Shown: positions 1 through 11,028 of the stretch, in pieces | Numbering within the stretch: position 1 is the first letter of the stretch | Layout of the letters: the number at the start of each line of letters is the position of its first letter | Assembly: GCA_964658305.1 (NCBI GenBank) | Contig: OZ210885.1 | Span: forward strand, 20,398,001 to 20,462,000 | Direction: 5' to 3' | DNA from: Leptogorgia sarmentosa | Lineage: Eukaryota | Length of the DNA stretch: 64,000 nt | Translations under genes and position numbers: made by a program | Notes under the pieces: model-generated | What the model was told of the DNA's origin: nothing | Seen by the model: only the letters and a program-made list of their open reading frames with translations | Database searches by the model: none

Positions 1-1
1 G

Positions 2-97
2 TCAAATGAGGACCCAAGACAGATTGCTTCAAATATTGCACCAATACCCCCACCTTCAGCCCAGGCACTTGTTGAAGAGCATCAGTCAAGATTTTAG
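2..97 (+). CDS. C-terminal end of a Kolobok(P)-type transposase, truncated by the window edge
   Basis: Frame 2 reads SNEDPRQIASNIAPIPPPSAQALVEEHQSRF*, which resembles Kolobok transposase C-termini. It converges on the KolX-like gene. Confidence 0.6.
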   Translation, partial: SNEDPRQIASNIAPIPPPSAQALVEEHQSRF

Positions 98-127
98 TTA
101 CAATCATAAACTAACTTTAAAATTTTG

Positions 128-440
128 GGTAGGTGGAACTCATAAGCCTTGGTTGGCAGTTCATCTAGAAGGAAAACTCTGATTTCAAACCCCCAGACTC
201 CTGTTTTGGGTCAGGCTGTACATGTCGGATTCACTGGTGTATGATAAAATTTAAGTCATATCAGTGTTTCTTAGGCATGCTGATGGGCTCTGATATAGAG
301 CGAAACAGTCTTTGTGTCAATTCAATCTCAACTCACTCTTATCTGCTAAGAATATAACAAGTACTTATATCAATAAACTCCTTAAGTGGCATTGGGCTAA
401 ACCAACCCCATGGTACCAGGAATGATGATGATGACTAAAA
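128..440 (+). mobile_element. Short RTE-related non-autonomous retroposon remnant with a degenerate hammerhead motif
   Basis: GAAGGAAAACTCTGATTTCAAACC (RTE 5'UTR-like), CTGATGG-GCTC..GAGC-GAAAC at 280-306, and a (GAT)n tail near 422-434. Boundaries are approximate. Confidence 0.4.
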
Positions 441-604
441 TATAGTTGATGATGACTGATGGTGACTCAAATATAGTCTAATTAAGCTACGTAGAATATT
501 ATTAAAATGTATATTCTCGACAGTACCATATTGTATTTTATAAAAATACTTTGTGGCTCCCATAATGATAACCCAATATAATTCATATAATTAACTTTAC
601 TATA

Positions 605-2344
605 TTACAAGCGTGCAGGTCTATATCCAGTGTAAACACCATTAGGTGAAGGGTAACGAGTCCTTACTGCAACCACACAACAGCTGGGGACTACCCTCCT
701 GTTACCCTTTCCCAACCTCCCATGTTGCCACAGCACATACTGTCTGTATGCTGCATGCCGGAAATGTTCATTGTTTCCATCATCGTTTAAAACCAAAACA
801 ATCTTCTCTGTACCTCATAGCTATCTCAAGAACATTGCCATCAAGAACTAGCTGCCCAAAGAGGTTACTCCTGGAAATGCAAGGCCACCGCACTCTAGTG
901 CAACACCTATTTTCCTCTTGAGTGGGCATTACAACACAATGTCCACACTGGCACCATTCAGGACGATCATTGGCTGGGTCATCTGGCTGATGCTGGTCCA
1001 CACCTGGCAACTCACCATTGACTAAGTCAGCAAATGCTGCTGGCTGTCTTCGTAATAATTCTAGAAGTAGCCTTCTCATAGCATTGATATTCATTGCTTC
1101 CACAAAGTTCTAAACAGTGAAAATATTTTGTGAATGGGGTGCATATCCAAAGAGCTATGTACTTTGTCTTTGAGAATTGAATGAATTTAATCTAACTTAT
1201 GTATATAAAACTCGTAGCAGAGCCCACCATGGGTCAGTTGTTCAAAGGTGGATTAGCGCTAACCCTGGGTTAAAACATAACCTGCTGTTTTGCTTTCAAT
1301 GTTCCTACATATCTACTTGCTTTGAAACTCTGGGGGAAAAAACTTCTATTGATCCAGACAAAATTTCTCAAGAAATGTTATCGAATTTGAGAAATGTTAT
1401 CAAATTAAACAAAGATTTTCTTACTTGCAACTGTTGTTCATGATTGGCTTGATTTTCAGCAGCATTTGGATTCTCAATTAAATTTCCTCGACCTCTTCCA
1501 CACCCTCGACCTCTTCCACGCCATCTACCTCGTCCACGCCCCTGACCTCTTTCTCGACCTCCTCCATGCCCTCGACCTCTTCCACGCCCTTCATTACCAC
1601 CCCTTTGTCCTCCTCTTCCTTCACCTCTTGCACGACCACGTGGCCTTCCCCTGCCACTAGACCCTCTACCACGATCCCTTTCAGATTCCTCTTCTTCCAT
1701 CTGTTCCTCCATCTCTTCCTCATTCCCTTCCAGGGAGAAATCAGAATCCTAAAACATGGGTTGCAAATTTAATTTAGTTAGGTCTGATATTACAGAGAGG
1801 AAGTTCAGTACTACAAACAAATGCAATGACATTAGGGAAATTAGTGATTCAAAGTCGCCTCGGCCTCGAGAGGTTTGTAGAATGCCACAAACCTTTCTCA
1901 GCCTCTGCAAATTTAATCACTAATTTCCCTAATGTCATGGTATTACTCATAAAAGTAACATTATGCATTGATCAACTGCACTTGTAATTTATAAACAAAC
2001 AAATTGGCAAAACTGGTGCAAGTTTCATTCTTGCAATGTAAAATAAACTTGGCAAAGTACAGTGACTTAAGAGTACTTTAAATTAATAATCTTACTGTGT
2101 CGCTGTCGTCCTCTAGAGTTCTTCGGTTATTCATGCAGTAACCAAAATCGTCTCCATGGCACGCTCTTGAACAAAGGCTACTTGCATTTCTACACGAACA
2201 ATAGTTGCGTCCGTTTTCACGAAGGCAATGGCCACGACAAGAACATGTTGTATTGCGATCTGAGTTGGGAACAGCAGCAACATTCTCGATAACACTTGCT
2301 TCAAACTCATCTAGCGAAAAACTTCCCTGCAATGATTCGGCCAT
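605..2344 (-). pseudogene. KolX-like gene (P2X7 cytoplasmic-ballast/nanor-like Cys-rich domain) of a KolobokP-like transposon; 3 exons, one frameshift
   Basis: Phase-0 GT-AG exons 2344-2096, 1748-1425 (RG-rich) and 1109-605. Motifs PEWCQCGHC..EENRCC and YRQYVLWQHGRLGKGNRRVVPSCCV..YP..YTGY. A 1-bp insertion near 801 splits ORFs 780-1103 and 605-796. Confidence 0.8.
1826..1938. mobile_element. Small hairpin MITE in the KolX-like intron
   Basis: ATGACATTAGGGAAATTAGTGATT (1826-1849) is the exact reverse complement of 1915-1938. Confidence 0.7.
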
Positions 2345-3876
2345 AGCGGCAGCAGCAACTGTCCGACAATATGTTTTCGAGGAATATATACCACACAGAA
2401 TACCTTCATCATGATACACATTAACACTTGCCCAGTCACTACCTTCCAAGGTAAACATAATAATGCACAAATGATTCGACTTCGCACTTTCGGTACTTTT
2501 GTACTATTTGCCGCTCGGCCCGAATTAATGCGTAATGCGTTCATGCACCTGTTTAAATATCAAACAACACTTATATTCATGCAAAAGCTTCTGCCAATCA
2601 TCCTCTAAGATTGTTATTTTAAAACGTCGAAGGAAAATAAAAGATAGCGCAAAAACTCCCGAGCAGTTTGCCATATTTTTACTTCGCTCCTTTGGACTCA
2701 ACGCCATATTGCTATTTAGATTCCGTTGGCAATACTTCATTTTACATAATTAATGTGGATGAAAACAAAAAATGTAAACAAAGCTGGCGCATGCGCAAAA
2801 GGGACTGTAACCTCTCTTTAAAATGATAAACTTATACTCTGGAATTGAGCCGTGAATAGATTAAATGCGGCTACGGCGACCTTTCATACAAATAGTAGAC
2901 TGTAGATAGTAAATGCGCAAAACAAAAGTTCAATGCCGGCAACATATTGACGAACTTATCTTGTGTTTCAATCCGTAGTCGTTTGTTCCCCTTTCTCAGC
3001 GTTTTATATCTTCTGAGAAGGCTTTCCAAGTCTTACAGCGTAGGTCTTGTCTTTGTTTTTGCCTTTCCAAAGGCCCAAAAGCTTTAAAAAGCTTCGGCTC
3101 TTCATGATAGTCCACCATAATTTTGAGATCAGTGATGATCACCCTTACACCCATAACCCAAAATGGCCGCCAAATCGAGCAACTTTGGACTCGCTATGCG
3201 GAATTAGCCATGGCTCGGGCATTACATCTTGTTTAGCTAAATACATACCTTAAAACAAAAAATGAATAAAATTGAAACGATCACATAATGAATATCTACC
3301 CTGAAATCAACCTCCAACAATCCATGGGTTACAGGTGAAACGTATCGTGACTACACTCTTGCGTGAGTCTCGTGTCACGCAATTCGGCCCGAAAGTACGT
3401 AGAAGTTCATTCAAATTTATACTCAATTGGTTTTTCACAGCCTGCACTAGAGAAGGAATGCTACATCACAAATATATTTATTGAAGAAAATATTAAAAAT
3501 ATATTATAAATTTCATTTTGTACTGATAATAAATATACATATTTGATCTAATATGTACACAAATTCGCACCACAAGCGTCCTGACAATTTGTGTTATTAT
3601 ATCAGAAATTTGAGTGACTATTGTTTGTACATTTGAGATATCTGCTCGATAACGTTTTTCAATTACCTTCACTGATTACCTTTGACTGACAAGTCACAAT
3701 TATATTTTACTTGAATCGTCGGAGAACATCGAAATGTACAGAGTCATTGCCCTCCTATGGGACCCCAGGTGGGGGGTCTACCCGGGCTATGGACCACATC
3801 TTTCATGGACTTTTATTGTACTTTACACACCATGCTTACCTTTCTACAGCCAGCTAGTAAATTTGCAGCACAATCC

Positions 3877-5765
3877 TCACTGCTGGCATTCGCATTCTTC
3901 GCAGAATGATGTAAGCTTACTAACATAAGGTTTCTTCAGACGCTTGGTTTTAACATCTGAAGTGTCAATTCCGAAATGTGAACAAATGGTAACTAAAATG
4001 GAAAGACAAAATTTGTCCAGCTTCTTTTTTTCAGCAAGTTCACAAAGATTATATGAGTCATAAACAATGGGATGTTTCTGAGTAATATTGTGTTCTGCAT
4101 CCTTCAGAAGCGCTTCTAAGTCGGCTTCACGTGCTGCGGCTTCCACATCATGTATAAGATCAATTTCTTGGAGACTTTTCTTTGAAGCAAGCCGCGAGAA
4201 GAAACCGGATATTTGCTTTGCTGTGAGGAAATCTTTGCTGGTGAATAGTAACTTGTCATCTGGACCTTTGGCGCTCATCATTGATCTTGCTACTGCCGCT
4301 GGGTCTAATTTAATTCCAGTTTGTTCCTCAATTTTGAATTTAGCGGTAAGATACTGCTTTTTGGCCTCAGTGAACCTTGCTCGTCCTGCACTGCATTTTA
4401 ATGCCCAGCCCGTTGGTTGTCTGCTAGTGGTACTCGTCGTGATGTTAGATGCAGCACTGCCAACTTGTGGTAAGAACGTTGCTTGGCCCTCCAATTGTTC
4501 AGCATACTCCTGTGCAGCCTTATCAAATATCGTCTCGCGCTCTAATTTAAGTTGATGCTTTCCACAGTCCAAGTGTTGCATCATTGAATGGTGATTCATA
4601 AAGGTTTTGATGCACCCTTCTTCTGGACATGTAAACAGGGTTCCACTTGATGTTGCCAGCTGCTCTTCCACCATCTCTGACGTTCCATCTTCTTTGTCTT
4701 TTCTTAGCTGTGATCTTCGTTTTCTTATAGCAGAAAATTCACTTGGACGTGTTTCAACCACGTTTACACAGGGTAGCCTTTCTAAAGAATACGACTCTGA
4801 TCTCGGTTGTCCACCACCGATGCCAAACGCTCTCCAAACACGCAGCCCCTTTTCTTCGAATTCAATATTGTACAGTGTACTCACACCATCAAGCTTATAA
4901 ACTGGCATTGAGGGAGCGTTTACTGAATCACACAGGGTGACGCTGAGTGAGGGTATACCACCAGAGGAAATCATTGCTTCATACATTTGTGCTGCAGTTT
5001 CAATATCATGTCCTGAATTAAGTTACAAGCTCATGTGCGACTTAATAGTGGCAGCCTTGCGATCGCATGCCCCCTTGCCACCCTGGGGATCGGAAAAATC
5101 CAGCCTCTTGATTTTCACGCCAAGATTTTCACCTATTTTAGCTGCACAGATTATTGTGGGGCCACTATGGTAGCAGCCGGCATTGTCCTGTCTGTACTTT
5201 ACTGTCAACAAATCTGGCATGGCAGTCTTTAGTTGTTTGACAACGTCTTCCATTATAGCAATCACTGCGCAGTTGTCTTGGATGCATATGCATTAAAAAT
5301 GTGAACAAACGTGAGTGTTCGAAGCTGATTGTGAATTTTTCTAAATGCTGACATGCCATGGAATACCACGTTTTCCAAACCAATCGGTTTGGTTTTCTCT
5401 GTATTTCCTGGGTAGATATTTCATAGCCCAGTCTTGAACTACTAGTACTGACGTTTCATCGAGAGTTTCCAATACGTCCACTCGTGCTATATCTTATTGG
5501 ATACATCTCAATATGTGCGATTTCCAGGAGAAAATATTCAACTTGGCCTGTTTCACTGTGAATGTAAGTTCCTCGTATACACTCGGGAGTAAATTATCAG
5601 TTTGGGTGTCAAGAGTAGTTTCTATATCATCAATAGTTGACATCAGCTGGTCACATCGATCGCAGCAATCATTATGGTTATGGTCACACTTTTCTTGAAA
5701 AACTGATTCCTTTGGGTCGCTTAAAGCAAACGTCTGGCAGTGATCAGCTACCGTGGAACTTTCAG
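3877..5765 (-). pseudogene. Sola3-like DDD transposase, 5'-truncated and frameshifted
   Basis: ORFs 5494-5787, 5023-5265 and 3877-4986 carry DWAMKYLPRKYRE, RQDNAGCYH and FSDPQGGKGACDRKAA, plus a C-terminal C2H2-like CPEEGC..HLDCGKH. The superfamily call is from recalled motifs. Confidence 0.65.
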
Positions 5766-5832
5766 CTGTATTGTGTTGGCCAGACATCCAGGCCCAGCAA
5801 GTCAGATCTCCTTCAGTTGCTGCTTGGATTTT

Positions 5833-7401
5833 TCAGATCCGTACGCCTTCGTAAACCTTGAAACGTGTGCTGGTCTTGTGGATCATACTCAAGACTGTTT
5901 CCGAGTCCACGATTTGCAAAACTCTCTCGAAGTCGAACCTCATTTCTTTCTCGAGGACCTTTGTGCCTCTTTTCGACAGAACGGCTGCGTTTAACTCCAT
6001 CTGAGGGGTAGATAACTTGTTGATTGGAGCAATACGACACTTCGCCATGATCAACCTACACCAGTAGCTTCCATCATCCAATTTCCATCGAATGTATGCT
6101 GCGAAGCCGTAAGCGAGATCACTACCATCGCTCAAGATTATTAACCAAGGGCGTCCATGACTATTCTCAGGTCGTAAGCATCGCTCTAAGCACAAGCGCT
6201 GAAGTTTGAAAAGAGCAGCGAAGAAATTGGACCACTTGTTGCAAAGTTCTGCTGGAAGTGCATCATCCCATCCGAGGTTGCGGGACCAAGTTTCGCGTAA
6301 GTATATCTTGGCCATCAGTGTAAATGGAGAAATCAGTCCGAGTGGGTCATAAATTTTCATTACCTGCTCCAGAACGTTTCGTCGGGTTAACACATTTTGT
6401 AATGCTCTTGGTAGGTCGCTTTCTTGTAGGTTTGGACCGGTTCGAACGCCGCGTCTCTTGCTACTGAAATTCAGGGTTACCTCATAGGTGATGATGTCTT
6501 TCTTCGGATTCCATCCCAGACCGAGCACTCGTAAGTTTTCGTCAGTTCCTTTTAACATTATTAGTCCTTGGTCTGAGCTTTTAACACTCTTTTCTGGCAG
6601 GTCCAATTTTAACAACTCTTCTTTCACGCGAGGTTGTGTTTCGCCACTGAATTGCCAGCACTTGACGGCAAATCCTCCTTTGGCAAGGATATCCTCGGCT
6701 TCCTTGGCAATCTTTAAAGCGTCGGGTTTACTTGGACGTGAGTCAATCAAATCATCCACGTAACTGGAATATTTTAGGAGATTTGCGGCTTGTGGACTAT
6801 CCTCTCGATACAACTCCGCGGTCTTATATATAGCTTCTGTGCTGATGGCGGGGGCTGGTGTATCGCCCATGTTGACCCGTTGAATTACGTAAACGTCCGG
6901 TGGGCGATGCTGCTGTAAATCTCGCCATAGAAAACGATGACAATGCTGTTCCAAGGCCTTCAAGTAAACTGAGTTGAACATCTTTCGAATATCTCCGATT
7001 AGCGCTACTCTTTCTTCTCTCCAACGTAGGAGGATACCGACCAGATTGTTCATGTAGCTGTCTGGACCTTTTGCGAGACAGGCGTTTAACGAAACACCTT
7101 TATGCGTTTGGCTGGAGTTGAACACAATTCTTACGGGCGTAGAATTGGAATGCGGGTTCACGACTGCTAAATGGGAGATATAGAACACAGGGCCATTCCA
7201 GCTTTTCACTTCTTCGGATGATAGTTTTCTTGCCACACCACGATCGACCATGTCGTCCATTTGGCTCTTATACGTCTTAGCCCATTGGTCATCCTTTTTA
7301 AGCGTTCTTTCAGTTCTTTCTAACATAGCAAGTGCGGTGTGATAATTGTCAGGTAATCTTTGTGGATCTACGAGGCAGGGATACTTGGTTAACTTCGTCA
7401 T
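5833..7401 (-). CDS. BEL/Pao reverse transcriptase-RNase H (Peptidase_A17-type region)
   Basis: Motifs STPVRIVFNSS, GDIRKMF, YVDD, YDPLG and AKCRIAP. Confidence 0.9.
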   Translation of the reverse strand: MTKLTKYPCLVDPQRLPDNYHTALAMLERTERTLKKDDQWAKTYKSQMDDMVDRGVARKLSSEEVKSWNGPVFYISHLAVVNPHSNSTPVRIVFNSSQTHKGVSLNACLAKGPDSYMNNLVGILLRWREERVALIGDIRKMFNSVYLKALEQHCHRFLWRDLQQHRPPDVYVIQRVNMGDTPAPAISTEAIYKTAELYREDSPQAANLLKYSSYVDDLIDSRPSKPDALKIAKEAEDILAKGGFAVKCWQFSGETQPRVKEELLKLDLPEKSVKSSDQGLIMLKGTDENLRVLGLGWNPKKDIITYEVTLNFSSKRRGVRTGPNLQESDLPRALQNVLTRRNVLEQVMKIYDPLGLISPFTLMAKIYLRETWSRNLGWDDALPAELCNKWSNFFAALFKLQRLCLERCLRPENSHGRPWLIILSDGSDLAYGFAAYIRWKLDDGSYWCRLIMAKCRIAPINKLSTPQMELNAAVLSKRGTKVLEKEMRFDFERVLQIVDSETVLSMIHKTSTRFKVYEGVRI

Positions 7402-7677
7402 ACTCGAGGTTTTCTTGAATCAATTTTAGTTCCTGTCCTTCCTTAAAGGAGTAGGTGTGTCCGACAGTAGGGCACTTATTGCAGCGACATCCACCGCATT
7501 GTGGAGAAATTTCGGTGGCAAGTTCTTCTCCTTGTATGAAATTTTCAACCTGGCTTTCGTCCTTTCGGTGACTATAGGAACTCGATACCTTAACAGAACA
7601 TTCTCCGGTATGATTGGGATGGAACTCTGGATGTGAGTCCAAGCGTGTGTTGTATGTCTCTACTTTCACGTTAACAT

Positions 7678-7878
7678 CTCTCTCCTCCGCAGAGGCTTTG
7701 ATGGTTTTGTTTTCTTTGTATAATATTAATTTGTTTATATATTGTGCAATGATATTTAGTAATAATGAAGCGCTAGATGGTAACAATGAATTAATGATTA
7801 GTAACTGCTGGGAGGAGAACGCAGGCGAGGGGGAGAGGAGAAAAGGAAAAACGAAGGAAGCCTCTGCCAGATTTCCCA
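7678..7878 (+). repeat. Left TIR of AcademH element 1
   Basis: Near-perfect reverse complement of 15747-15947; begins CTCTCTCCTCCGCAGAGGC. Confidence 0.95.
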
Positions 7879-7978
7879 ACCAATATGGCGGCAGACCGGG
7901 GGGCAGTACATTTTCATAAACCGGGGGAGTATGTTTCCGAGCGTGTATATTTACATCCCCATCGGATCATTATGCAAA

Positions 7979-10414
7979 ATGGCGTTTGTCAATTTGAATA
8001 ATTCATATCCCAGACAATTTCTTTTGGCTTTGCGAAACGGAAGAATGTGTTGTGCGGTTTGTTGTCAAAAGACCGATACGTTCAGTCGAAATGGCTTGCA
8101 ACAGCACTACCGGATGACGCACAAGAATTTAGAGTTTAGCGAAATGCCGTGAGGGTCGGAGTAAGAGCTTTGCGGAATTTTGTTGCAGAGGAAACCAGAG
8201 AACATTTAGTAACCCTGTCAGAAAAGAGGAGTGAATCGGTAGGTGTATTAACATTTATTATTTTATTATATTATATTTTATATCAAACAATCACATTTTT
8301 AATTATTACATGCTGTATATTATTTGAAAGGATGGAGGTTACAAGGTTTTCAACGTCGAAAGCTTTGGAGAGCACATGGACCTATGCTGTTCAAACGAAA
8401 GGGAAGCTGCGAAGCTATTTGGTCTTTATTTGGACCATAAATATTCGTTACCATCGTTGGAGGATAGTGGCAGTGGTACAAAAGTAAATGTGCAAAGTGA
8501 TTCTTCAGAATGCACTTTTCAAGTGTGGAAAGGCAAAGACAAAGTTCATGTTGAAGCAATTTATTACAAAATGGTAAGAGGACTGTAATAATTATTGAAC
8601 AATATCACTAATAAAGTCATAATGGTGCTGTCACTTGGCACAGTTATAGCTTAATAACTACAATATAACAAGCTTGCAGCATTTTCAATATATTTTAGGC
8701 TTATTTAATAATTTTAGGCTTATATGGTAATTTTTAATTAATTTTTCCTTAATTTGTATAGAAATCCACCATTACATGTACATCACCTACACCTGCTTTG
8801 CAATGTCTCAACATTCCTCAACCAGTGATAAATGCAATCATTGACAAAGAAAATAGAGAATTATCTTTACTGAAACTTATATATGGATATGATTCATTCC
8901 GTGAAGGTCAACTGCAAGCAATCCAATCCATTCTACACGGCAAAGATACTGTTGTTCTCATGCCAACAGGAGGGGGGAAGAGTGTTATATATACTCTACC
9001 TGCATTAGTAAACCAAGGACTAACTGTTATTGTTGAACCTTTAAAGTTCATAATGGAGGAGCAAACTGAAAAGCTGAGACAAAAACAAATTCCAGCTTTC
9101 TTTTATAACTCTTCGCTGACAGACAGAGAGATGGAATATGTTATTAACTATCTTCTTCGTGATGATTTACATCACGCCATCCTGTTTACCAGTCCAGAAT
9201 GCATTGTCTCTGAAAAATTAACTAATGTTTTAAAGAAATGGAATAATATGAACAAGTTAAATTTTGTTGCTATCGACGAAGCACATTGTATTGATCTATG
9301 GGGAAATGAATTTCGCACAGATTACCTTAAACTTGGAATGCTTAAGGATTTTAATGTCCCTGTTGTAGCACTGACGGGTACAGCAACAACAACAGTTCAA
9401 ACCAAAATAGTTGAAATTTTAAAGTTGGAATCACCACAAATAACTAAAGTGTCCAGCTCACGAAACAATTTGTTTCTGCAAGTAATACCAAAAGATAGCA
9501 AGCCCAAAAAGGCAATTGCTGACCTCATCAATGAACAGTACAAAGAAAAACGTGGTATTGTTTATTGCATTCGAAGAAAAGATACTATTGATCTTGCACA
9601 TGAACTCAAATCTGCAAATATTAGTGCTGTTTTTGTTCATGGTGCTATGCAAGATGGAGATCGCAAGAAGCATGAGCGTGCCTGGCCAGAAGGTCGTGCT
9701 CATGTCATTTGTGCTACTAAGTCATTTGGCATGGGCATTGATCACAAAGATGTGCGTTTTATTATTCACATGTCTTTTCCATCAAGTTTAGAAGACTATT
9801 ACCAGGAAGTAGGTCGAGCTGGTCGAGACGGAAAACCTGCAACGTGTACGTTACTTTTTAAGCATGAAGACCGGTCATTTCATCTCCAAAACATTGTCCA
9901 AATTGAAGACAAGCAGCACCGAGAATATAAATATGAGCTTCTGAATTAATTTGTTAACTTTTGTGAAAGCACTGTGTGTCGACACAAATTTATTTTGGAG
10001 TATTTTAGTGAGAGTGTACAAGACTGTGAAGAGCTATGCGATTTGTGCACAAATAGTGATACATACAGCTTAAAAGATGTAACCTTTATTTCCAAGTTAA
10101 TTGTTGAAGGTTTACTTGCTGTTCAAGAAAAGCAGGAAAAAGTAACAGTTTTGCTTTTAACCCAATTCTTACTTGGCTCATGTGTAACTGAACTCAAGTT
10201 GTTGTCATTGGATATATCTCCAAGATTTGGTTCAGTAAAACAATACTACCAACACAGAAAAGGAAGAAAGCAGCTGCAGAAGTTGATCTACCATCTTATC
10301 GTACGTGGTATAATTAGAGAAGAGCCAACTGGTAGTGCCGACAAGCCTTCAATTACATTAAAAAGGGGTCATGTAGAAAAACTGATGACTGGAGAAGAAA
10401 CTGTTTTTCTATGA
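7979..10414 (+). pseudogene. RecQ-like SF2 helicase of AcademH element 1 (spliced; N-terminal C2H2 finger; premature stop at 9947-9949)
   Basis: Motifs GYDSFREGQ, MPTGGGKS, IDEAHC, ALTGTA, FGMGIDHKDVR and YYQEVGRAGRDG, then an RQC zinc motif CRH..C..CDLC in 9974-10414. Upstream exons at ~7979-8240 (CAVC..HYRMTH) and ~8331-8573. Confidence 0.9.
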
Positions 10415-10498
10415 TGCACTAAAAAATAACGCTACAAAAATGAACACTGCACTACCATGATCCTTTGTATATTTGTAAATAGATTATTGGTAAAGCCT

Positions 10499-10557
10499 CT
10501 CTCTCCTCTGCAGAGGCTTTGATGGTTTTGTTTTCTTTGTATAATAATTTGTTTATA
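10499..10557 (+). repeat. Internal partial copy of the element-1 left TIR
   Basis: CTCTCTCCTCTGCAGAGGCTTTGATGGTTTTGTTTTCTTTGTATAATAATTTGTTTATA matches the first ~60 bp from 7678, with one substitution and a 3-bp deletion. Confidence 0.9.
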
Positions 10558-10715
10558 CCATTTTCATAATGGTGATGGACATAAATATTCTTTTATGTGC
10601 ATCATAATAAGGCTGGTTAGCCTCGTTTCAGCAACTGAAATTGAATAGAAATTTAACACATAAACGAGGCTAACCATTAAGGTTGTATCACCTATTTTCA
10701 TACTGTATGTCAAGT

Positions 10716-10966
10716 GCCAATTGCTCGAAAGGTGGATAACGCTATCTACTTGATATTGAATTTTTAACCTGTCTTAAAAATGCTTTCAAACTCAATAAAA
10801 CTAAATACACTTTAGCTAAATTATAAGTTCCCTCCTTTAATATTAAAATACTAAACATTAATCTTGATCATCCCAGTTACGTAATAAACAATTTTAGGAA
10901 ATCTCAAAAAATAATCTTAAAATCACTATCCGGTGGATAACTTTGTCCACTTTTCGAACAACCAGG
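10716..10966. mobile_element. Degenerate MITE (CCAGTTGTTCGAAAGGTGGATAAC-type ends)
   Basis: CCAATTGCTCGAAAGGTGGATAAC is roughly inverted to TTTGTCCACTTTTCGAACAACCAGG. A related half-end lies at ~1231-1275. Confidence 0.5.
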
Positions 10967-11028
10967 TTAAAATCTTTCTAAGGTGGCCAACATTCAACAT
11001 TTACTACAAAGTACTATAATTAGTAAAG

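Noticed and set aside
605..1103. Host P2X7 receptor gene
   Set aside because: Only the ballast-like domain is present; there are no transmembrane or ectodomain exons, and the context is a Kolobok element.
7349..7919. ORFs 7349-7879, 7614-7919 and 15707-16108 as duplicated genes
   Set aside because: They are read-throughs of the element-1 TIRs, which explains the shared peptides.
8798..10414. RecQ as a host or bacterial DNA-repair gene
   Set aside because: It lies within TIRs and a 9-bp TSD, has spliceosomal-type introns upstream, lacks an HRDC domain and has a paralogue in a second element, so it is transposon-encoded.
10614..10676. 15-bp inverted repeat TGGTTAGCCTCGTTT/AAACGAGGCTAACCA as a terminator
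   Set aside because: The context is eukaryotic; it is probably a tiny MITE remnant and too short to classify.
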